Shown: piece after piece, positions 39,827 to 50,641 of the stretch
How the letters are laid out: each line of letters opens with the position of its first letter
Position numbering within the stretch: position 1 is the first letter of the stretch
Source of the DNA: Thermodesulfobacteriota bacterium
Lineage (GTDB): Bacteria; Desulfobacterota; Binatia; Bin18
Length of the DNA: 64,000 bases
Direction of reading: 5' to 3'
NCBI GenBank assembly: GCA_964291405.2
Contig: OZ219926.1
Span: 1,312,001 to 1,376,000 of the forward strand
The notes under the pieces: model-generated
Database searches by the model: none
Seen by the model: only the letters and a program-made list of their open reading frames with translations
Told to the model about the DNA's origin: nothing
Program-made: the position numbers and the translations under genes

Positions 39827-40055
39827 ACCCTGCGGTTGCGTCTCGGTATGGAGATAAGCGCTCCGTTGAAACACGACCTTCCAAAGCTGCGAGGATGGTA
39901 GGTGTATAGGGAAAATCCTTGGCCAATGGAAGGTTGCGTACTTCTCAAGGATTGTTGTAGATCAAATGGGAGACGCTCTAATTTTAGAGGCTTTCTTAAC
40001 AGGAAGGACTGTAAAGCAGCGATAGGAAGCCATCCCTCCAGATTCCCAGCAACGT

Positions 40056-41749
40056 TTAGACTCGTTTACGCTGATATTTTCGACCTAACGCCTCCTCATC
40101 GCGCAGATATTTGGCCATCCGTTCATGGCTGAATCCATACGGTCCGCTACCGAATAAACCGACTTCTTCAATCGCCAGCCGCTCTAATTCAGCATTACTA
40201 GATAAATCGCCTAAGCCTTGCTCAGTCGGCAGCTCGGCAGCCCGCCAAGCGTCAAATCCGCCCTGCAATACTGCGACGCGGGTATAGCCCATGGCTTTTA
40301 AGGTGGGGACGGATAAGGGCGAGAGATTCCCCTTGCGGCACATCAGCACCACCAGGGTCGTTTTGTCCGGTACTTCATGTTCAATCTGGAGGTCGAGCTT
40401 GCCCCGCGAGAGCCAGCGTGCGCCCGGCACATGAGCAGTGGCGAAATCGCCCAGACTCCGCACATCGAGCAGTGCAGGCTGCTCACCAGCATCAGCTGAG
40501 TCTGCAAGGCTTGCGGCGTGAGGAGTTCGGCCTGCGCACGAGCTTCAGCCAAGCCGGGGATCGGCAGAGCCTGGGGCTCTACCCCGGCCGGCAGTCCCTG
40601 CAGCAGCCGCGCCATCCATACGGGCTGGCCAAAATCAATCTCTTGGGGGTCGCCAGTCTCAAGCTCAAAACCGGCGGCTTTCCAGGCGGTCGTGCCGCCG
40701 TCCAGGACACTCACGTTTGGATAGCCAGCTCCCTTGAGTACAGACGCGGCGATAATCGCCCGGGCGCGGCCGGCACACATGGTGATAATCGGTGCGTTCT
40801 TCACGCCGATCAAACTCTCGACCAGGAGGGCAATCTGAGTCGCGGGACAAAAATGGGCGCCGGGAATATGGCCGGCCTGATACTCGTCGAGCAAACGCAC
40901 ATCGAGCAGGTAGAGCAACTCACCCTTTTCCTGCCGAGCGTGCACGTCCTGAGGGGTGATACTGGAAACGTTGTCTTCTGTGGCAAGGTGCTCGGCAAAC
41001 TGTTTGCACGTTGAGATACCAGTCTCAGAAAGTCGGGGCACGGGGACGCCGTCGCCTTTCTCAAGTTCCCCGGTGTAGCCGGCAATGCGCCAGGCCCCGG
41101 TGCCACCCTTCAGCGCGTAGACGTCGGTAAAACCCATCCGCCGTAAAATATGAGCTCCCAGCAAGCTGCGTGTGCGGCCGGCACAGTTGGTGACAATCGT
41201 CCGGCCTTTGTCTGGTACAACCTCGGGCGCGATCAGGGCTAACTGCCCGCCTGGAGCGCAATACGCGCCTGGCAAATGCGCAGCCTTGAATTCCGGCTCA
41301 GTGCGAGTATCAAAGATATACAGCTGTTCGCCTTGCTTCAGGCGCGCATGGAGTTCTTCGGCCATCATCTCGGGGATGTCCTCCTCGACCTGGAGACGCT
41401 CGCCATAGACTTTGCCCCGTAAACTCCAGCCATGCATTGTCTCATAGCCAGCCGCTGTCCAGGCGGTGAGACCGCTGTCCAGGACCGACACATTGGTATA
41501 GCCCAGGGTTTCCAGGCTGAGGGCCGCCCGAGTCGAACGTTGGCCGGTATCGCAGTACAGAACTGTAGGGATATCGGTCTTGGGGACTAACACCGAAATA
41601 TACTTTTCTAATGATCCGCGCGGGATGCAGTTGGTGCCAGGAATCTGGCCCAGGGAAAATTCTCCCCAGTCCCGGACATCAATGACCGCATACAGCACCT
41701 GGCTGTCTAGAAGCGCTTTGAGATCTTGGGCACTCATACTGCCTGCCAT
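40056..41749 (-). pseudogene. multi-domain (4x) rhodanese/sulfurtransferase, 1-nt frameshift near 40493 (probably sequence error)
   Basis: Repeated DVR...E(F/Y)..GH.PG motifs, NCAGRTRS, MCAGRARA; adding one G (ctg gat) joins QL-DAGEQPALLDVRSLGDF. Confidence 0.85.
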
Positions 41750-41887
41750 GAGAGTTCCTCCTTGTGACGCGTACGGAAAAGTCCGCAGGTGCTTGACCGC
41801 GCCCATATGACGTTGGACAATCGAAGCCTAGGCTCGAGAGATGGTCAATACCCATAAGATGAGCTGACTGCTGCAAGGGAGGGAGAT

Positions 41888-42493
41888 ATGGCTGAAAAAT
41901 GGAAAATTGAGGGTGATTATTTTGAATCGTGTAATTGTGACACGATCTGTGCCTGTTTGATCCAGAACCCGCCCCCTCGTGGGCGGTGTGACGCGGCCCT
42001 GGCGTTTCATGTGAATCAGGGGAGCTATGGCCAGACGAGCCTCGGCGATCTGAACGCCGTGCTCGTGGTGTCCTTTCCCGGTCCGGGCAAGATGGGGGAC
42101 GGCAACTGGACTGCGGCCCTGTACGTGGACGACAAGGCCTCCACAGACCAGCAAGAGGGGCTGAGTGCGATTTTCTCCGGTCAGGCGGGTGGGCCCATGC
42201 AGCTGGTCTCGGGTCTGATCAGTAATTTTCTGGGGATCAAGACCGCTCCCATTGCGTTTACGATAGACGCCAACAATCGGCGGCTGACGATTCCGGACGT
42301 GCTGGAGATCGACATTGAGGCACTGACCGGTCGGGACGGCAGTGAGCCGCTATGGGTCACCAACGCCAATCACCCGGTTTCGCCCAGGCTGTCGCTGGCC
42401 AAATCCAACGCGTATCGCTACACCGACCACAACCTGGCCTGGGACGTCGATAATACCAACGGCCACTTTGCGCCGTTTAGCTGGCAGAATTAG
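41888..42493 (+). CDS. DUF1326 family protein
   Basis: WKIEGDYFESCNCDTICAC, G.YG...L..L, PG..M.DGNW, IFSGQAGGP. Confidence 0.88.
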   Translation: MAEKWKIEGDYFESCNCDTICACLIQNPPPRGRCDAALAFHVNQGSYGQTSLGDLNAVLVVSFPGPGKMGDGNWTAALYVDDKASTDQQEGLSAIFSGQAGGPMQLVSGLISNFLGIKTAPIAFTIDANNRRLTIPDVLEIDIEALTGRDGSEPLWVTNANHPVSPRLSLAKSNAYRYTDHNLAWDVDNTNGHFAPFSWQN

Positions 42494-42599
42494 CCCGTTT
42501 TAACGTGGCTGGACCGTGCGTTCAGCCCCCGACCCCTATCGACCTGGTTGCCCTTTCCCCGTTGGAAAAGGACTGAGGTGAGGGAAGAGACTGCCAGCC

Positions 42600-43367
42600 A
42601 TGACCTTACGAGATAAGATCATCATCGTCACCGCTCTCGTGCTGCTGTCCGTTCTGGCCTGGATTGCCACCGTGCACCAGGCCGGAGGGATGGGGCTTGG
42701 CCTGATGACCATGAGTATGACTATGGGCCTGCCATTCTCGGTCTCTAATGCAGTCCTGTACATTGCCCTCTGGGGTGTCATGATGGTGGCCATGATGTTC
42801 CCGTCTGTCGCGCCAACGGCCGTGCTGTTCGCCACCGTAACGCGCCAAAAACGAGAGCAGGCTGCCCCCTTTGCTCCGGCGTGGCTCTTTACCGCTGGGT
42901 ATGCCGTGCTGTGGACCCTGACTGGCGGGGTGGCCTATGCTGGGGACATCGCCATCCAGTCCCTGCCCGACACTTTTCTTGGCCTGCGAACGTATGGCTC
43001 TGCTATCGGTGGGCTGACCCTGATCATCGCCGGCCTGTATCAGCTCAGCCCGCTCAAATACGTCTGCCTGTCGAAATGTCGCTCCCCACTCGGCTTCCTG
43101 CTCAATAGTTGGCGAGACGGGTACTGGGGGGCGTTTCGGATGGGCTTGCACCACGGCGCCTACTGCCTGGGGTGTTGCTGGAGTCTGATGGCCGTGCTGT
43201 TCGTTGTCGGCACCATGAACCTGGTGTGGATGGGTGTTTTGACCCTGATTATTTTTATGGAGAAGATTCTTCCCTACGGGGTGGCACTGGGAAAAGGCAC
43301 GGGCATTGGCCTGATCGGCCTGGGACTGGTCCTGGTTGTCGCCCCCAGTACGCTGGCCGTGGGCTAA
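42600..43367 (+). CDS. DUF2182 family metal-binding integral membrane protein
   Basis: WGVMMVAMMFPS..P, GYA..W, AGLYQLSPLK..CL.KCRSP, G.YCLGCCW.LM, G.MNL.WM. Confidence 0.9.
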   Translation: MTLRDKIIIVTALVLLSVLAWIATVHQAGGMGLGLMTMSMTMGLPFSVSNAVLYIALWGVMMVAMMFPSVAPTAVLFATVTRQKREQAAPFAPAWLFTAGYAVLWTLTGGVAYAGDIAIQSLPDTFLGLRTYGSAIGGLTLIIAGLYQLSPLKYVCLSKCRSPLGFLLNSWRDGYWGAFRMGLHHGAYCLGCCWSLMAVLFVVGTMNLVWMGVLTLIIFMEKILPYGVALGKGTGIGLIGLGLVLVVAPSTLAVG

Positions 43368-43420
43368 GCCGGCGACGCAAGAGCACTATTCGTTGTTTTT
43401 TTAAGACATAGGAAACACGA

Positions 43421-44980
43421 ATGCCAACACCAGGTTGGGACGATTATATCGCCCAACTCCGGCACCGAAAGACTGAAGCACGGAGCCAGGGCGGTCCCGA
43501 GGCCATCGCTCGGGCGCATAGGCGGGGGAAGCTGACCGCCCGTGAACGGCTGACCTTACTCCTAGACGAGGACAGCTTCCACGAAATTGGACTGCTGGCC
43601 GAAGGCAGCGTAGACACGCCTGGGAAACCCGCCCAGCACCTCCCAGCCGACGGAGTGGTAACGGGCTGGGGCACGATACACGGCCGCCATGTGTGTGTGG
43701 TGGCCGACGACGGTACCTTGGTGGGAGGAGCGGCCAGCCTGAAGAATATTGCCAAACGCTTTCGCCTGCGCCGCTTGGCCCTGGAACAGGGCTATCCTTT
43801 CATTGGCCTCTATGAAGGCTCTGCCATCCGCTTCCAGGACTCGATGCAGGCCCGCCAGATGACCCAAGTGCCGGCCTTTCGAGAAGTCACCGATTGTGTA
43901 GGGAGGATTCCTCAGGTCGCCGCCATGCTGGGTGCCTGTTTTGGCCGGCCGCCCATTGATGGGCTGTACGCCGATTTTACGCTGATGGTCAAAGGTTCCG
44001 GCTTTGTCGGCTGGTCCGGACCGACCCTGGTCCGGGGCGGGCTTGGCGAGGCGGTCGATATCGACCGCCTCGCCGGCCCTGATATGCACGCCCGGACAAC
44101 CGGGTTTGTTGATCGGGTCTCAGCCAATGAGCAGGAGTGTATTGCCGCTATCCGGACCTTTCTCACCTTTATGCCTCAAAACTGCTGGGAGCTGCCGCCG
44201 CGCGAGCCCTCCACCGATGACCCCAACCGTCTGTGCCCCGAACTGCTCGATATCGTCCCTACTCGTCTCCGCAAGCCGTACGACGTCGCCCGGGTGATCG
44301 CCGCTCTTGTTGACCACGGTCAGACCTTTGTTTACAAGCCAGACTTCGGCCAAAGCGTCATGACCTGCCTCGCCCGTCTTGACGGGCTCGTGGTGGGGAT
44401 TGTGGCCAGTCAGCCGGACTACCAGGCCGGAGCCCTGGACTGGGCGTCAGCGGCCAAGGTCCGCCGTTTTATTGCAGTCTGTGACTCGTTTCACATTCCG
44501 CTCGTTTTTCTGCAGGACCAACCAGGCTTTCTCATTGGCCAACAGGCCGAGACCAGCAATATGCTCTACTGGGGCGGTACGCTGATCGATGCGGTGGAGC
44601 GGGCAGGCACTCCCAAGATCACTCTTATTCTGCGCAAGGCGCATGGCGCGGCGATGTGGGCCATGGGTGGACGCGGGAGCCCGTATTCGCCCGATCTACA
44701 AATTGCCTGGCCGCTCGCGATCATGACCGGCACCGGTCCGACCTCGGCCGTCTATACGGTCCACAGCCGGGAGCTGCAAGAAGCGCGCGACCCAGACCAG
44801 TTACAGGCTGAACTGGAGGCCAAGTACAGTCGCCAGGGATCGGTCTACGAAGCCGCGGCCGCATTTGGGGTTGATGATATTATTGAACCGCCCGAGACCC
44901 GTCGGTACCTGATTCAGGCCCTGGCCTTTCTGTGTGGCAAACAGACCCGACAGCTCGGACCCAAAGTCCGCTGTCCCTAG
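43421..44980 (+). CDS. acyl-CoA carboxylase carboxyltransferase (beta-subunit-like)
   Basis: GKLTARERL..LLD..SF.EIG, PADGVVTG.G.I.GR, CDSFHIPLVFLQDQPGF.IG, RKAHGA, DDIIEP.ETR. Confidence 0.92.
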   Translation: MPTPGWDDYIAQLRHRKTEARSQGGPEAIARAHRRGKLTARERLTLLLDEDSFHEIGLLAEGSVDTPGKPAQHLPADGVVTGWGTIHGRHVCVVADDGTLVGGAASLKNIAKRFRLRRLALEQGYPFIGLYEGSAIRFQDSMQARQMTQVPAFREVTDCVGRIPQVAAMLGACFGRPPIDGLYADFTLMVKGSGFVGWSGPTLVRGGLGEAVDIDRLAGPDMHARTTGFVDRVSANEQECIAAIRTFLTFMPQNCWELPPREPSTDDPNRLCPELLDIVPTRLRKPYDVARVIAALVDHGQTFVYKPDFGQSVMTCLARLDGLVVGIVASQPDYQAGALDWASAAKVRRFIAVCDSFHIPLVFLQDQPGFLIGQQAETSNMLYWGGTLIDAVERAGTPKITLILRKAHGAAMWAMGGRGSPYSPDLQIAWPLAIMTGTGPTSAVYTVHSRELQEARDPDQLQAELEAKYSRQGSVYEAAAAFGVDDIIEPPETRRYLIQALAFLCGKQTRQLGPKVRCP

Positions 44981-45439
44981 GCGATAAATTCTCGGAGAAA
45001 ACGGATGCTACGCTATAGAGGCTATCGAGTCGAGCACCTGGATATCATCTTCACCGAAATCTTTCACCCTTCGTATAGGTCGAACCGTCTTCCTTTATGT
45101 ATCGACGAAGGCCGCCGTGCTCCGAGTAGTGGTTCACCTATTCCGGCGTTGGGGTCATCTCGGGCTGGAAGTGTGAGGCCAACGAGCCACTGTCCATCTC
45201 AATGAAGACATGGTACTCGCTTGGGACCCGATTCCCCGGGACCGAGCGGACCGATGTCCTCAACGCAGGTGCCTGTGACAGTGCAGATGTCGGCTTTGTC
45301 GCCATCTGGAACTGGGGGAATCTGGGGGGGGATGGGACCTACACGGCCATTGTCTACGATAACGCGGTGGAGTTTGCCCGCAGCACGTTTACGGCCACAA
45401 CGCTGGAGAGGCATTTGTGGAGGGGGCGAGCGGCAAGTG

Positions 45440-46285
45440 CACTATTGCGGATTTTCCGGCCTCTGGGGAGAGTGCGCGGTTTGCGTGGAATGAGAACTCG
45501 TGCTGGTTCTTGGCTCATCCGCGCCCTCCAGGGCACCAATGAGCTCGGTCCATGGACGACCTGGCTCCGATGCAGCATTATGACGCAGCGGTTATCCCAG
45601 ATCACCAGGTCACGGGACGTGTATCTGCCACCGCCGCCCGACCGGTCCAGAGCAGCTCGGCGATCCCGGCCAACCCCAGACCGGCGTGGCGGCTGACCAT
45701 GGCGGCCCGACCACCCGGCAGCTTTCCGTCAGTCGTATTGCCGAACGCAGCAGTCCCTGGGGATCGGCCCAATGATTTCGGGCAGGACTCCGTGCCATGG
45801 TCAACCGTGTACGGGCCTTCTCCCACAATGTGGCTGGCATGCCGACTTCTTTGGCTCGGGCTCGACAAAGAGTGAGTGCTTTCTGCGGATACCGTCTCTT
45901 CGATGAGCGTTGAAACTCCAGGCGAGTTATGAGCAGATATTTCAGGCACCTCATTCCACTGGCGGAGCGCCATCCGAAGCGGCCCGTTGTTTTTCGGATG
46001 TGGTTGAAGCCCCCAGCAATCCCGGCTCAGACTTTCAGGTTCGGCGGACGGGGGCGACGCGTTCAGGCGTCGCGTCATTAAATCGGCAGATTTACCGTGG
46101 CTGTACGCAGTGGAGTGTGGGGAGTCCCATGCGGAGGCCACACTGCCGACAACCGCGTGCGGGTTGTGCATGCGCGCCGGAGGAGCGCCGTGGCTGACCA
46201 GATCGGTAGCGGTGGCGGCGGTGATTGAAGGCGAGCGCATAGCCGGTCGTCGGCAAGCCTCGCGCCAGGGCACCGATAGCAGCTT
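45440..46285 (-). repeat. garbled, insertion-riddled direct copy of the tauD-like 3' half (about 46310-46735)
   Basis: Collinear exact islands: ttcttggctcatc, gcggttatcccagatcaccaggtcac, ttctcccacaatgtggctggcatgccgac, attaaatcggcagatttaccgtggctgtacgca. Confidence 0.8.
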
Positions 46286-47141
46286 ATCGCGACGAACTCC
46301 TGACGTTATCGGCTCCATTGTCCGGGTCATCGCAAGCCACCCGAATTCTTGGCTCATCAGGGGGCCATGGTCGACCGCGATGCAGTAAGCGGTTATCCCA
46401 GATCACCAGGTCACCGACGTGCCACCGGTGTGTAAAAATACGCGGCGGCTGACACGCGCTTTCCGTCAGCTCACGCAGCAGTGAACGACTGCGTTCAACA
46501 TCTTCTCCCACAATGTGGCTGGCATGCCGACCGACAAAGAGTGACTTTCTGCCCGTCTCTTCATGGATGCGGACGATCGGATGCGCGACCGGCGGCAGGG
46601 CTGCGCGTTCGGCGTCGGTCATTAAATCGGCAGATTTACCGTGGCTGTACGCAAAGTCATGCACAACCAGCTTGTCTGCGAGCCAGTCTTTACGCGCGGT
46701 GTCGAGCGCGTCGTACGCCGCCCGCATATCGGCGAACTGGGTTTCTCCTCCCGACGAGGGCAAAGTATGGGCTCGGAGAGCTGAAGCCTTTGAGGTAATA
46801 CGTTTGTATGAGCTGTCGGAGTGCCACTGCCGGTTGCCCCGATTTAACGCATCATAGGGGCCTCCTGCGGAGTCGAGGATGCCGTCCGGACGGACATTCG
46901 CAACTCGGAATATCTCAGGCTTTGTGCCCTCGATTGCCGTTGTGAGCAGACGTTCCAAATGGCCAAAGCGACGACTGAAGGTGATGTGAGCCTCATCATC
47001 GAGATGTTGTTCGGGAAAGGCGAGCACGCCGTATTCGTGCCACGCTTCAATGATCCGCTTGCCGGTTCGATCATCGAGATGATGCAGATTCACACCGTAG
47101 ATACTGGCCCCAAGTGTTGCCTCGCTGGGAACGATCTCCAT
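46284..47141 (-). CDS. TauD/TfdA family Fe(II)/2-oxoglutarate dioxygenase (3' end damaged)
   Basis: LGASIYGVNL, WHSDSSY (HxD), GGETQFADMRAAYDAL, HPIVR.H.ETGRKSL, W..GDLVIWDNR..HR. Confidence 0.9.
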   Translation of the reverse strand: MEIVPSEATLGASIYGVNLHHLDDRTGKRIIEAWHEYGVLAFPEQHLDDEAHITFSRRFGHLERLLTTAIEGTKPEIFRVANVRPDGILDSAGGPYDALNRGNRQWHSDSSYKRITSKASALRAHTLPSSGGETQFADMRAAYDALDTARKDWLADKLVVHDFAYSHGKSADLMTDAERAALPPVAHPIVRIHEETGRKSLFVGRHASHIVGEDVERSRSLLRELTESACQPPRIFTHRWHVGDLVIWDNRLLHRGRPWPPDEPRIRVACDDPDNGADNVRSSSR

Positions 47142-47236
47142 GAGGCATACTCCTTTCGTTCGTCTCTATGCCAGCCCAATCCCACCTGCAAAACAGGCTG
47201 TCCGCGATCATTCGTCGTGCGTCGAAGCTGCGTCGG

Positions 47237-48250
47237 CTAGTGTATGTGCGGCACGATGTGCGATGTAAAAAGATCGAGCGATCTTTGGCTTTCCTCCGGA
47301 CTCAATGAGCCCCATGCGAACGAACCGACGAAATAATTGATCCCACTCTCCGAGACCAATTGTTGAATTTGATCGCGGACTTTGTCGACCGATCCGATCA
47401 GTATCGTTTCTCCCGCGAGGCAGAGGTCCCACGCAAAAAAATTGTCGTAGGCGTGATCATTGTGCTGATGCCAGAGCTGCATGATTGAGTTGTACCAATC
47501 ATCGTACGCCGGCTTCGCCACCGCAAAGGCTTGTTCGTCGGTTTCCGCCACATAGATTTGGCGCATTGCGCCCAGTTTCAGCGTGTCGGCGCCGCCATTG
47601 CCGCTGTCAGCGGCGACTTCTCGATATCGAGCCATGAGATTCGTGATGAGCGACGGTGGGCCGAGGGTCATGAAGTGCATTCCCTCACGCGCGGCAAATT
47701 CGACCCCGGATTCACTGAACGATGGATACCAGAGCGGCGGATACGGGTCCTGAAACGGTTTGAGAGTCATTGGTACATCTCGAAATTCGAAATGTTTTCC
47801 GGCGTAATTCAGTACATCGTTGCACATCCCTTTACGGAATATCTCGAGGACTTCGGTGAAGATTTCCCGGGTCTCTTCCGGATCGACACTGTAGGTAGCG
47901 ATTTCGTACGGTGACACGCCACGGCTGATGCCAAGTTCCATGCGCCCGTTTGAAAGGTGGTCCAGCATGCAGACTTCCTCTATGAGGCGCAGTGGATGAT
48001 ACATCGGTAACAAATACGCCATGGGGCTGAAGCGGATATGCTTGGTCCTCTGCGCGAGCGCCGCGAAGAATACCGATGGAGAGGGCGCCATACCGAGCGG
48101 AGTCGAATGGTGTTCCGCCAGATGATAGCCGTAAAAATTGGCCTTGTCCGCCGATTCGATCAGTTTGAGACGCGACTCGTACAGATCGCCGACCGAATTC
48201 GAGCCGCGATCAACCCAGTCGAACATCCCGAATTCGATTTTTGCTGACAT
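47237..48250 (-). CDS. LLM-class flavin-dependent oxidoreductase
   Basis: AEHHSTP, HPLRLIEEVCMLDHLSNGR.ELG, P.Q.PYPPLW. Confidence 0.93.
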   Translation of the reverse strand: MSAKIEFGMFDWVDRGSNSVGDLYESRLKLIESADKANFYGYHLAEHHSTPLGMAPSPSVFFAALAQRTKHIRFSPMAYLLPMYHPLRLIEEVCMLDHLSNGRMELGISRGVSPYEIATYSVDPEETREIFTEVLEIFRKGMCNDVLNYAGKHFEFRDVPMTLKPFQDPYPPLWYPSFSESGVEFAAREGMHFMTLGPPSLITNLMARYREVAADSGNGGADTLKLGAMRQIYVAETDEQAFAVAKPAYDDWYNSIMQLWHQHNDHAYDNFFAWDLCLAGETILIGSVDKVRDQIQQLVSESGINYFVGSFAWGSLSPEESQRSLDLFTSHIVPHIH

Positions 48251-48414
48251 TACGGATTCTCCTCTTCCATGCTCACGCTCGCCGTACTTTTCCGAATCTT
48301 ATGATAAGAGGAAAACGGCGAGGGTTTTAGGGCTCGTACAGCTCATAATAATGCTGTTGAGGCATTCCTACCAGGAATCCACTTTTTGCTTAAGATGGTC
48401 CTCAACTCTCCTGA

Positions 48415-48906
48415 TTACAAGAGAATGGACTTGTTCTTATGGCCTGACCACTTCGGCAGATCATCGTGCATGTCCATGACCCGCATCCCATAGAAAATAT
48501 GACACGTGGGTGTGAAGCTCGGTGGCACCTGGGGCGGGCGCCCGAAATCAAATAGGGAGGGAAACGCCAGCCACATCTTGCGGCCCTCATCCGCGATCAG
48601 CGTTCCACACACGGCACAGCTGACTTTGCAGGGGAGAATGCGCTCATACTGCTGCCGCTCGCTATTGTAGAAGCGGAGTTGAGCGATGCCGTGCGTGATG
48701 CGCACGTGGCGTTTGTGAAAAATAGCAGCCCACTGCATAGGCGCGCCGTGCAGCGTCTGGCAGACTACGCAGTGACAGATTTTCGCGTCAACCGGATCTG
48801 CGCTCACTTCGTATTGGACGGCCTGACAGTGGCATCCGGCGCGATATTTTGCCGTAAAGGTCGTGTCCTCAATCGACGCAAATGCGTCTCCAAATTCTTT
48901 TTGCAT
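48415..48906 (-). CDS. GFA/CENP-V family Zn protein
   Basis: GCHCQAVQY, CHCVVCQ, CAVCGT, HIFY. Confidence 0.88.
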   Translation of the reverse strand: MQKEFGDAFASIEDTTFTAKYRAGCHCQAVQYEVSADPVDAKICHCVVCQTLHGAPMQWAAIFHKRHVRITHGIAQLRFYNSERQQYERILPCKVSCAVCGTLIADEGRKMWLAFPSLFDFGRPPQVPPSFTPTCHIFYGMRVMDMHDDLPKWSGHKNKSILL

Positions 48907-48918
48907 AAGGACGCTGCC

Positions 48919-49929
48919 CTACTCCTCCGTACGAGAGAGGCTCAAGCTGGCCTCGGCCAGGCACACGAGCGAGCCCAGTTGATTGGTCCCACGTACGGTA
49001 CAGCCGACCCGACAGTGATCTCCCATGGTCTGTGCCGCCGTCACTTCGCCCTGCAGGGTCACTACATGCCCGGCCCGAAACGGCTCGATCGCACGCATGA
49101 GCAAGCGGCCACCGGAGTAAAACGCGGATAGCGGAAACGACAGAGTGAGCATCTGCTCCACGTAGGACATGGTGGCAGGCCCGGCGTTGACGGCCCCGCC
49201 AAAAATGTTCTGGCGCGCAAACTCCTCATCTGTATGGATATTGCTCGTCATGAGCCGGCCCGCCAACTGGATATCGTTATAGCCCAGAATCGTGTCCTGG
49301 CTCTCCGTGACCTGAAGCGCCGGCAGCGTTGTGCCCACCGTAGCCTGCTCGGTCGTCAGGACCCGACGCGCCTCGGCCACAGGCTGCCCGGGCTTGACTG
49401 TCGTTTCCCACGCCTCGGCCCCTCCTGAGGCCGGTACGGTCTTCTGTCCCTGGACATAGGCGAAGATACAGGTGTAATCGTAGTCGGCGACCATGACCCC
49501 GCGTTGGTTCACCGCTTCCACGCGAAAGGTCACAAACCTGCTGCCGCGTCGTTCATACTTGTCCAGGACCCGACGGGTGGCGGTGATGCAATCGCCGATC
49601 GCGACCGGCACGTGCCACCGAATATCGCACTTGGCAAACGGCGTCTGGCGGCGCGCGGTCTTGGAGTCTTCGAGCGCCACAAAACCGTTGTTCTCCGCCA
49701 GGTCGTAGCGCAGCAGCGGCGCGTAGGCCAACACCATGCTGGGCATGGCCAGGACTGCGGCCGGGTGTGTCGCATCGTTGGTCTGATCCAGTTCCGACCC
49801 ACGGACGTGTTGGGTGGCCTGGGCGTACTCGCGCAGCGTATCCATGGTGATGGTGACCGTAGTCTCGGTTCCGGTCTGACCAATGGCCACCGCGTCATAG
49901 TCCCATAGTTTCTCGGGCTCGTTTGGCAT
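48919..49929 (-). CDS. double hot-dog (MaoC-like) dehydratase-family protein
   Basis: Two MaoC-like halves: PVAIGD..T....V.DKYERRG..FV...VEA.NQ.G and NIHTDEEFAR...FGG.V..G. Confidence 0.75.
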   Translation of the reverse strand: MPNEPEKLWDYDAVAIGQTGTETTVTITMDTLREYAQATQHVRGSELDQTNDATHPAAVLAMPSMVLAYAPLLRYDLAENNGFVALEDSKTARRQTPFAKCDIRWHVPVAIGDCITATRRVLDKYERRGSRFVTFRVEAVNQRGVMVADYDYTCIFAYVQGQKTVPASGGAEAWETTVKPGQPVAEARRVLTTEQATVGTTLPALQVTESQDTILGYNDIQLAGRLMTSNIHTDEEFARQNIFGGAVNAGPATMSYVEQMLTLSFPLSAFYSGGRLLMRAIEPFRAGHVVTLQGEVTAAQTMGDHCRVGCTVRGTNQLGSLVCLAEASLSLSRTEE

Positions 49930-50113
49930 GCATCCCTCCCTGCTCGTCCGTCCGGTGCTCCAGCCTACTCGAGACTGCTCCGGGGTGCAATTTGCGGTAG
50001 CTTGCCAAGAGACGACTCTGTAAGGGTATAAAGAGGAAAGCCCCTTGGGGAGAATCAGTGGAGGGGTCCGCAGGCTGGCCCTGGTACGACCGGCAGAGGA
50101 AAGGAGCAGAGCA

Positions 50114-50485
50114 ATGAGTGCAATTGGAGAGAAGATTTCAGACTACACCGGGAAGGTCACGACGGTGACGCTGACGGAGGCAGGCTCCGTTATGAATGCA
50201 GAGGGAGAAGCCGGACCGTTCGGCACGTACCTGTATACGGCAACGTTCGGTCCGGCGGTGGGTCCGACGGGAGAAACGGGCCCACTGACGGGCCGGGTCC
50301 AGGATTTTCGCCCGGATGGCAGCGTGGTGCCCCAAGTCGTCACGGGAGTGTGGCGTAAGAGCGGGCACCGCCAGTGGGAAGTGAAGGCGATCAACATGGC
50401 CGCAGACGGGAAGTGCCTTTTCTTCGTCGAAGTGTGGGATTTGGCGACGCAGTCGATCTCGGGCACGATCTACGCCTTGGACTAA
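50114..50485 (+). CDS. hypothetical protein (all-beta)
   Basis: aaggag RBS before MSAIGEK; coding-like codon usage. Confidence 0.65.
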   Translation: MSAIGEKISDYTGKVTTVTLTEAGSVMNAEGEAGPFGTYLYTATFGPAVGPTGETGPLTGRVQDFRPDGSVVPQVVTGVWRKSGHRQWEVKAINMAADGKCLFFVEVWDLATQSISGTIYALD

Positions 50486-50641
50486 GCTTCATCGCCTCCG
50501 AGATTCAAGCTCCAGAGGCGATGATGGCCGTTGACATGCCATTTTCAGCGGGGTATCTCACGTCCACCATATGTCCGCCGCCGGGTTATTCCCCGGTTGC
50601 ATATCACAATAGCAAGCCGTCCAAGCCAATAGAGCACTGGT

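Noticed and set aside
45005-46357. ORFs 45005-45205, 45202-45696 and 45602-46357 as real genes
   Set aside because: Low-information translations arising from the garbled tauD copy and adjacent noisy sequence
45440-46735. Diversity-generating retroelement TR/VR pair or CRISPR-like repeats
   Set aside because: Differences are insertions, not adenine-specific substitutions; no reverse transcriptase, and no regular repeat-spacer period
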